Assembly (NCBI GenBank): GCA_050330455.1
Contig: JBHJNV010000034.1
Coordinates: 1 to 10,584, forward strand
DNA: 10,584 nt
Direction: 5' to 3'
Source: Bernardetiaceae bacterium
GTDB lineage: Bacteria; Bacteroidota; Bacteroidia; Cytophagales; Bernardetiaceae
Position numbers and translations under genes: made by a program. Position 1 is the stretch's first letter; every line of letters begins with the position of its first letter. Below, piece after piece: positions 5,420-10,584 of the stretch. The notes under the pieces are model-generated. The model was given only the letters and a program-made list of their open reading frames with translations, did not search any database and had not been told where the DNA came from.

Positions 5420-6556
5420 TTATTCCACCATGAGCAGCGGCTGGGGCGTAAAGCAAAGCACAAAGACTACCAGAGCCAGCACACCCAACGCCTTCCTGAT
5501 CGGGCTAAGCGGAACAGACTCCTCTGCCCCCGGATGAGAGATACCCACCACACGCCCCAGCAAAAAACCAAACAACAGCCAGGCATGGTAGCCCTCAATG
5601 CCTGGAAACAAAGCCGCAATACCCCATTGGCACAAAACCAGCACCAGAGCCACCACCAAAGCCGCCTGCCAGTGCCGAAACTCACGCGCCCATACCCAGT
5701 ACAGATAGCCCACATACAAGATAAAGCCCGTCGGAGATTCCCATACATCGGATACCGAAAACAGCCCCAATCCCGCATAGCCCAAAAAGACAAAGAAAAA
5801 CAGCCGTGCAATACGCTGATGCCAGCGGTAGCCCACCAGCCCGTAAAGGACATGCCCGCCGTCGAGTTGGCCGATGGGCAGTAGGTTGAGGGCCGTAAAA
5901 AACAAAGCCAGATAACCGGCCAGCAAATACGGGTAGTGCATGATCTCGAAATCATTGGGGAGCAATGCCGGATCTGCGACCCAATATTTGAACGCCTCAA
6001 AAAGCAGATTTGTGCCCAGCCGAACGCCACCCTCGGGGGCATCCTGATACACGTGATCGGCATAAGCCAGACCATACTGGGCATACTCGGGATGAATCTC
6101 GAAGATATGCTCGGCGGGCGGCAAAAAAGTAAATCCGTACCACAACACACCCAATGCTACCACAAAGCCCGCTAGTGGCCCCGCAATCCCGACATCAAAA
6201 TACACCTTCCGAGACCATATCCGGCTCCTGATACGGATAAACGCGCCCATTGTCCCGATGGAAGGCGCACCCGCAAAAAGTGGTAAAAAGCCCAACCAAA
6301 GCGGAATGTAGTACGGCAAGCTGACCCGCAGCCGGTGGTATTGCGCCACAAAGTAATGCCCAAACTCATGTACGGTCAGGATGCCCAAAAAAGGGATCGA
6401 GTAATGTAGCCCATCCCAAAAGTGCGCCCACGTCAGGGCAGGTGAAACCCAAAAAAAAGGCCGCCCCCATATCCACTCTGCCCCCGCAAATGTCGTAGCA
6501 ATGAAGGTCAGGAGGAAGAGCAGGGGATGCAAAAGCAAGCGAAGCAAGGGGCGCAT
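5420..6556 (-). CDS. site-2 protease family (peptidase M50) intramembrane zinc metalloprotease
   Basis: HEFGHYFVA (HExxH) and ...NLLPIGQLDGGHVL... (the LDGG motif of M50), in a multi-pass hydrophobic protein. The ORF track begins at a GTG (6574..6572). The first ATG is at 6556..6554 (MRPLLRLLL...). I list the ATG; the GTG start is possible. Confidence 0.8.
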   Translation of the reverse strand: MRPLLRLLLHPLLFLLTFIATTFAGAEWIWGRPFFWVSPALTWAHFWDGLHYSIPFLGILTVHEFGHYFVAQYHRLRVSLPYYIPLWLGFLPLFAGAPSIGTMGAFIRIRSRIWSRKVYFDVGIAGPLAGFVVALGVLWYGFTFLPPAEHIFEIHPEYAQYGLAYADHVYQDAPEGGVRLGTNLLFEAFKYWVADPALLPNDFEIMHYPYLLAGYLALFFTALNLLPIGQLDGGHVLYGLVGYRWHQRIARLFFFVFLGYAGLGLFSVSDVWESPTGFILYVGYLYWVWAREFRHWQAALVVALVLVLCQWGIAALFPGIEGYHAWLLFGFLLGRVVGISHPGAEESVPLSPIRKALGVLALVVFVLCFTPQPLLMVE

Positions 6557-6570
6557 AGGGGGCGATGTTT

Positions 6571-7227
6571 TCACTTGGTCAGGATGTACATCTCCCGCTC
6601 GAGTCCCGTAGCAGAGCTATAAGGGCGTTGCTCGAGGGAGGAGAAGCCGGCCGCCTCAGACATCCGAGCCATATCTTCGGGATAGGGCATATAGCCCTCC
6701 AGGGTTCCCCACTCGGTTTCGACGCGGATGTATTTTCGGTCTATCTTTTTGCCGACGTATTTGATTTGATCGCGGGGTGCGTCGATGTATGCCTTGCCTT
6801 GTGGGTGGAGTTGGGAGTAGATGCGATGGAGGCAAAGCATTTGATCCTCGGGAGTTTGTTCGAGTATGCCTGACCAGAGCCACAAGACAGCATCGACCGC
6901 TGTGGGCAGTTGTAGGTCTCGGATGTCTTGTTGGATCGGGCTTACGGGGGGGTGAGTAGTTTGTTCTTCGATCAGTTGCAATAGATGGGGGATACGATCG
7001 ACGGCAAATATTTCTCCGGCGTAGCCCATCTCGAGCAGCCCCAGGACACAACGCCCATAGCCTGCCCCTAGCTCGGCGATGCTTTGGGTGTCCACCAAAT
7101 CAGGGAAGATCACTTGCAGGTCAGGGAGGGTATCAAAGCCCGTCAGTTGTGCCAGTTCATGGAACTTTTGGAGTTCCATTTTGCGGTAAAAGTCAAGGTT
7201 ATCTGCTCGGATGGTGGAATGCGTCAT
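6571..7227 (-). CDS. class I SAM-dependent methyltransferase
   Basis: ...IAELGAGYGRCVLGLLEMGYAGEIFAVDRIP... is motif I (E/DxGxGxG) followed by an acidic residue at the end of beta-2. The track start is a TTG at 7251..7249. ATG at 7227..7225 (MTHSTIRADNL...) is preferred. Stop TGA at 6573..6571. Confidence 0.7.
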   Translation of the reverse strand: MTHSTIRADNLDFYRKMELQKFHELAQLTGFDTLPDLQVIFPDLVDTQSIAELGAGYGRCVLGLLEMGYAGEIFAVDRIPHLLQLIEEQTTHPPVSPIQQDIRDLQLPTAVDAVLWLWSGILEQTPEDQMLCLHRIYSQLHPQGKAYIDAPRDQIKYVGKKIDRKYIRVETEWGTLEGYMPYPEDMARMSEAAGFSSLEQRPYSSATGLEREMYILTK

Positions 7228-7237
7228 GAAAGCAAAA

Positions 7238-7912
7238 TTACAAATTTTCAAAGAGGCGGCGTTTGAGCTGCTGAAATTCTTCTTCGGAGATTGTCCCTGC
7301 CTGGCGGAGTTCCATCAGTTCGTTGAGGCGATCCAGGGGGTCTTTGGCGGCGGTGGGTTGTACTTCTACCTCTACTTCGTCGGCCTCAGAAAACTCATCC
7401 TGGGCAGCCTTGCCCCGCTTGACAAACTCGTCCTGCATCTGTCGGGCAAACTGCTTGCCCTTCTCAAACTCCTGCTGATAAAAGCTCTTGACGGCTTCGG
7501 CATCGAAGTCCTCCAAAGTGCCGCCTTTCTCAAAATGCGTTACAAAAACACGCCCCGTCGCGTAGGTAGAAGCCCCCGAAAGGATCGCCATACTGACCCC
7601 GCCCACGACCGCACCCACGCCCGGAATCATCTTGATTGCCTGTGATCCCAACTTAGGCAACGCACTGCCAGCCAGTGTATTGAGCCAGGATTCTAGGTTG
7701 CGACGACGAAAATCAACGCCATAGATTTTACACAACTCATGTACCATATCTATTTGGATCGCCGTAACGGCTACCATATCGGCCAGTGGGATCGGAATCA
7801 AGCCGGCCCCCAACGACCAACCTACCGATCGCTCCACGATACGCTCTGCCCGCTCGTTATCGGTATCCATGCCCATTTTTTCCTTGAACTTATAGAAGAG
7901 ATAATCTAACAT
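7238..7912 (-). CDS. DUF697/EcsC-like domain protein with C-terminal SHOCT domain
   Basis: 224 aa with ATG at 7912..7910. The central ...GAGLIPIPLADMVAVTAIQIDMVHELCKIYGVDF... resembles the DUF697/EcsC conserved core. The C-terminus DPLDRLNELMELRQAGTISEEEFQQLKRRLF is a clear SHOCT (short C-terminal domain) motif. The acidic linker EADEVEVEV precedes it. Confidence 0.5.
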   Translation of the reverse strand: MLDYLFYKFKEKMGMDTDNERAERIVERSVGWSLGAGLIPIPLADMVAVTAIQIDMVHELCKIYGVDFRRRNLESWLNTLAGSALPKLGSQAIKMIPGVGAVVGGVSMAILSGASTYATGRVFVTHFEKGGTLEDFDAEAVKSFYQQEFEKGKQFARQMQDEFVKRGKAAQDEFSEADEVEVEVQPTAAKDPLDRLNELMELRQAGTISEEEFQQLKRRLFENL

Positions 7913-7932
7913 TGTCTTTATACAGATGATTC

Positions 7933-8050
7933 ATAATGGTAACGGATCAAGGCAAATAATGGATTAGAAAAAAGATATAAAACCCGAAAAAGTTTTTTGA
8001 CTGCCGTATTTTTTGTATCTTTCCCAATCCCTTGACCGTAATCCATTGTA
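7933..8050. promoter_or_regulatory. AT-rich divergent promoter region containing three copies of an A(T/C)AATGG motif (two direct, one inverted)
   Basis: ataatggt at 7933-7940. ataatggatta at 7956-7966. The inverted copy taatccattgt is at 8039-8049 (aatggatta 7958-7966 vs taatccatt 8039-8047). Located between the divergent starts at 7912 (-) and 8075 (+). Confidence 0.35.
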
Positions 8051-8074
8051 TTCACCGCCTAGCCCTTTGCGTTT

Positions 8075-8716
8075 ATGTCCGCCAAAAAAGATACCCAGCC
8101 TGTGCGTCGTCGGCCGCTCAATGCCCTCCAACACATCGAAAAACAACATCCCTATGTGGTGATGCTCTACGTGGGCATGATTGGCATTTCAGCCATGTTT
8201 TTGTTTTTGTTATTTTCATTTCGTTTTTATGAAATTCAGGAGGAGGTCTTGGCGCGGTTTCGCTTTCCGACGGGCTTTGTCATCAGCACGTGTTTGCTCC
8301 TGATGAGCAGCCTAACGATTCATCAAGCGAAGTTGTCGTTTTATGAAGATGATTTTTTGCAGATGCGGCGTTATCTCCTGATTACTTTGGGCTTGGGTAT
8401 TGGTTTTTCGGTTTGTCAAGTGGTGGGTTGGTATGAGTTGCAGGCCGCTGGGCTGGCTTGGGCAAGCCAAAACTCTACAACGTATCTCTATTTGGTCTCG
8501 GGGCTACACGTCTTGCACCTCCTGGGAGGCTTGGCTTTTGTGGGGGTGCAGGCATATAGCATCCATCAAAAGTGCCACGATCCGGTAAAAGTGTTGATTG
8601 CCGTAACCAACCCTCACGAAAAAATGAAGCTAACCTTGATGACGCTCTACTGGCACTTCATGGATGGGCTTTGGGTGGTACTGTTTTTGTATTTCGTGAT
8701 GGCGTTTTTGTTTTAA
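8075..8716 (+). CDS. cytochrome c oxidase subunit III family membrane protein (stand-alone short form)
   Basis: 213 aa, polytopic. C-terminal ...LMTLYWHFMDGLWVVLFLYFVMAF... matches the hallmark YWHFVD..W..LF segment of heme-copper oxidase subunit III. ATG at 8075. No subunit I/II genes are in the window. Confidence 0.6.
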   Translation: MSAKKDTQPVRRRPLNALQHIEKQHPYVVMLYVGMIGISAMFLFLLFSFRFYEIQEEVLARFRFPTGFVISTCLLLMSSLTIHQAKLSFYEDDFLQMRRYLLITLGLGIGFSVCQVVGWYELQAAGLAWASQNSTTYLYLVSGLHVLHLLGGLAFVGVQAYSIHQKCHDPVKVLIAVTNPHEKMKLTLMTLYWHFMDGLWVVLFLYFVMAFLF

Positions 8717-8726
8717 TGGCTCCTTG

Positions 8727-10580
8727 ATGCGGATACTTTTTTGGCTTAGTCTGATTATTGCTTACCCCTTGATGGGTCAGGAGGCTTGTTTTGATGTCAA
8801 TATCACGACTGGATGCGCTCCTTTGACGGTGCAAGTCATTGATTGCTCGGGGGCAGCGGCGGGCAATATCCTCTACGACTACGGCAACGGCAACAAGGTT
8901 ACCCAAACGACATTTACTTACACCCAGGCCGGCACATACCCCATCACGCAGTACGTAGGTTCGGGGGCGGGCGGGGATTCGCTACGCAAAGAAAACCTCA
9001 TCGTCGTCAGGGAACCTCAACCGATTGCCTTTGATCTGCTGCCTTGCCCAGACCAGGGGCTGCTCTTGATCCTGACCGACACCACCCGAGATACCTACAC
9101 CATCGACCTCGGCGATGGCAACCGAGCCACCCTCAACGCCACCGATACCCTCATCCACTACTATCCCGATACCCAGCTACGCAACATCCGAGTACAGGGT
9201 ACGCTCCCCAACTGCCCCTCCACCGATACCGTTTTTGCCCCGCAACCCAACCCAGCCACCATCACCATCGACCGCCTCGAAGTCCTGGATGACCAACGCC
9301 TACAACTGACCCTCTCCCAAACCCCAGCCGTAGCAGACTACCAACTCGAGCAACAAACCGACAACGGGGCTTTTGTTGTCCTGCAAGACCTCCCCATCGG
9401 AACAGAGACCCTGATCCTGGATGGACTAGACCTCCCCAACCGCAGCTACAGCTACCGCATCAGTCAAACCAACCTTTGCACCGGTGGCCGTACCAGCGAT
9501 CAGCCCATACGTACCACCTACGCCCGCCTCACCGTCGGGAACGGCAACCTCGGTCTCCAATGGACGGCCCAGCCCCTGGATAGCACCCAGTTTGAGGGTT
9601 ACCAAATCACCAAAGACGGCAATGACTTCATCACGCTCCGCGACCCCCGCACCACAACCGCCGTGGATGGCGACGTGCGTTGCCGCAGGCGATACTGTTA
9701 TCGCATCACGGCCACGCTCACCGGCGGACGGCAGTCGGTTTCGCAGGAGGTCTGTGCCGATGCCCAACTCACCCGCAGCCTACGCCCACCGGACTCCCTC
9801 CGCGTAACGGTCAATCGCGCCAACCAAATCGAACTTACCTGGGGTAGCCTCCTCGATTCACTCTTTAACCGGATGCGCTTCACCCGCCGCGATTCCGTCG
9901 GTATCGACACCCTCACCGGCAACGACAAAGCGGCATACATCGACTTTGGGGCCAACCCCAACGCACAAGTCTTTTGCTATCAGGTAGGCTATCAGGATTT
10001 TTGTGGCAACCAGTCCACTTTTAGTGCTGCCGTATGTCCGATCCGCTTGCAGGTAACGACGGATTCGCTGCGTTTTGATCTTCGGTGGTCTGCCTATCAG
10101 GGGTCTTTTGAACCGCTGACCTACTACCTGCTCAAGTTGGACGAAGAGAGAAATGTACTTGATTCGATTCCGGTGAGTAGTTTTCGCTTTGGTGAGCAGA
10201 TCGCCGATCAGAGCCGGCAGGTGTTGCGCTTTCAAGTCGTGGCCGTGGGCAGCCAAACCGGCTTTGCGTATGCCTCCAACAGCTTGTTGGTGCGTCTGCC
10301 CTCCAGGATGCTCATCGCCGATGCCTTTACGCCCAACGGCGACGGACTCAACGACACCTTCGGCGGCGTAGGACGCTTCATCGAGACCTACGAACTACGC
10401 ATCTTTAATGCCCTCGGCAATCCCATTTTTTACAGCGACAACCTAGAAACGCGCTGGGATGGCACCCGCAACAACGGAGAAGCCTTGCCAGCAGGTGTTT
10501 ATTTTTTTCAGTTGCGGGCCACCGATCAGATCGGGCGCACCTACAACATCCGCAACACCGTAACTTTGATTCGGCGATAA
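8727..10580 (+). CDS. T9SS cargo protein with gliding-motility-associated C-terminal domain (CHU_C / T9SS type B sorting domain). N-terminal signal peptide and PKD/Fn3-like beta repeats.
   Basis: The C-terminal ~90 aa LIADAFTPNGDGLNDTFGGVGRFIETYELRIFNALGNPIFYSDNLETRWDGTRNNGEALPAGVYFFQLRATDQIGRTYNIRNTVTLIRR is the canonical CHU_C sorting domain: FTPNGDGxND..., the WDG and GxY motifs, and ...VTLIR at the end. The track starts at a TTG (8724). The ATG at 8727 (MRILFWLSLIIAYPLMGQ, signal peptide) is preferred. Stop TAA at 10578-10580. Confidence 0.85.
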   Translation: MRILFWLSLIIAYPLMGQEACFDVNITTGCAPLTVQVIDCSGAAAGNILYDYGNGNKVTQTTFTYTQAGTYPITQYVGSGAGGDSLRKENLIVVREPQPIAFDLLPCPDQGLLLILTDTTRDTYTIDLGDGNRATLNATDTLIHYYPDTQLRNIRVQGTLPNCPSTDTVFAPQPNPATITIDRLEVLDDQRLQLTLSQTPAVADYQLEQQTDNGAFVVLQDLPIGTETLILDGLDLPNRSYSYRISQTNLCTGGRTSDQPIRTTYARLTVGNGNLGLQWTAQPLDSTQFEGYQITKDGNDFITLRDPRTTTAVDGDVRCRRRYCYRITATLTGGRQSVSQEVCADAQLTRSLRPPDSLRVTVNRANQIELTWGSLLDSLFNRMRFTRRDSVGIDTLTGNDKAAYIDFGANPNAQVFCYQVGYQDFCGNQSTFSAAVCPIRLQVTTDSLRFDLRWSAYQGSFEPLTYYLLKLDEERNVLDSIPVSSFRFGEQIADQSRQVLRFQVVAVGSQTGFAYASNSLLVRLPSRMLIADAFTPNGDGLNDTFGGVGRFIETYELRIFNALGNPIFYSDNLETRWDGTRNNGEALPAGVYFFQLRATDQIGRTYNIRNTVTLIRR

Positions 10581-10584
10581 AAAA

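Noticed and set aside
5408-6369. Several long ORFs antisense or out-of-frame to the M50 protease gene: 158-aa plus-strand (5408-5884), 227-aa minus-strand (5467-6150), 79-aa plus-strand (5936-6175) and 65-aa minus-strand (6172-6369)
   Set aside because: The M50 frame carries HExxH and LDGG motifs plus coherent transmembrane segments. The alternatives are Gln/Arg/Trp/Cys-rich shadow frames typical of high-GC sequence.
7249-7251. TTG start codons proposed by the ORF track for the methyltransferase (7251), and likewise for the T9SS gene (8724) and a GTG for the M50 protease (6574)
   Set aside because: In each case an in-frame ATG lies 1-8 codons downstream (7227, 8727, 6556), giving a more plausible N-terminus (e.g. 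signal peptide MRILFWLSLII...). I used the ATGs. The upstream non-ATG starts cannot be excluded without ribosome-profiling or N-terminal proteomics data.
6565-7645. Plus-strand ORFs of 102, 60, 60 and 144 aa, and a 131-aa minus-strand ORF, overlapping the methyltransferase and EcsC-like genes
   Set aside because: All overlap better-supported CDSs on the opposite strand or in another frame. None has a recognisable domain.
8843-10371. Multiple Pro/Arg/Ser-rich ORFs (60-132 aa) inside or antisense to the T9SS cargo gene
   Set aside because: These are classic GC-rich shadow frames. The 618-aa frame ends in an unmistakable CHU_C sorting domain.
1-10584. Searched by eye for CRISPR-like spaced direct repeats, tRNA cloverleaf candidates, rRNA and IS/transposase/integrase signatures
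   Set aside because: None found. There are no regularly spaced repeats and no conserved tRNA features (GTTC...CCA contexts) in intergenic regions. No ORF has DDE/tyrosine-recombinase-like motifs. The mobile-element boundary, if any, lies left of position 1.

Overview
Overview: The window reads as a chromosomal segment from a Bacteroidota-type genome. The evidence is a T9SS/gliding-motility C-terminal sorting domain, a DUF4249 lipoprotein, no Shine-Dalgarno sequences, and GC of roughly 55-60% by eye. I support 13 CDSs; no rRNA, tRNA, CRISPR array or transposase was seen.

Two things stand out:
- Left-edge low-GC block (1 to ~830): The first ~830 bp are much lower in GC (~30-35% by eye). They encode the N-terminus of a PHP (polymerase/histidinol-phosphatase) phosphoesterase domain protein whose gene runs out of the window. 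Its HVH-first PHP motif resembles the PHP module fused to SMC/AAA-like ATPases found in defence islands, so this is probably the edge of a horizontally acquired element.
- SIR2-plus-regulator pair (3646-5132): A gene pair separated by 5 bp. The first encodes a SIR2_2-like (ThsA/DSR-type NADase fold) protein with an extra C-terminal alpha-helical domain; that domain resembles the 'effector-associated domains' described for NTP-dependent conflict systems. The second encodes a small XRE-family HTH protein with a coiled-coil tail. I do not recognise this pairing as a named defence system. A perfect 7-bp-stem palindrome lies in its upstream intergenic region.

The remaining CDSs look like housekeeping or accessory genes:
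- alpha/beta hydrolase
- NADPH-dependent FMN reductase
- secreted hypothetical protein
- DUF4249 lipoprotein
- DUF2892 (YgaP-like) membrane protein
- M50 site-2 protease
- SAM-dependent methyltransferase
- DUF697/EcsC-like protein with a SHOCT tail
- stand-alone cytochrome c oxidase subunit III-like protein
- large T9SS cargo protein

Many long overlapping 'shadow' ORFs typical of GC-rich DNA were rejected. All calls rest on motif recognition by eye; no searches were run.
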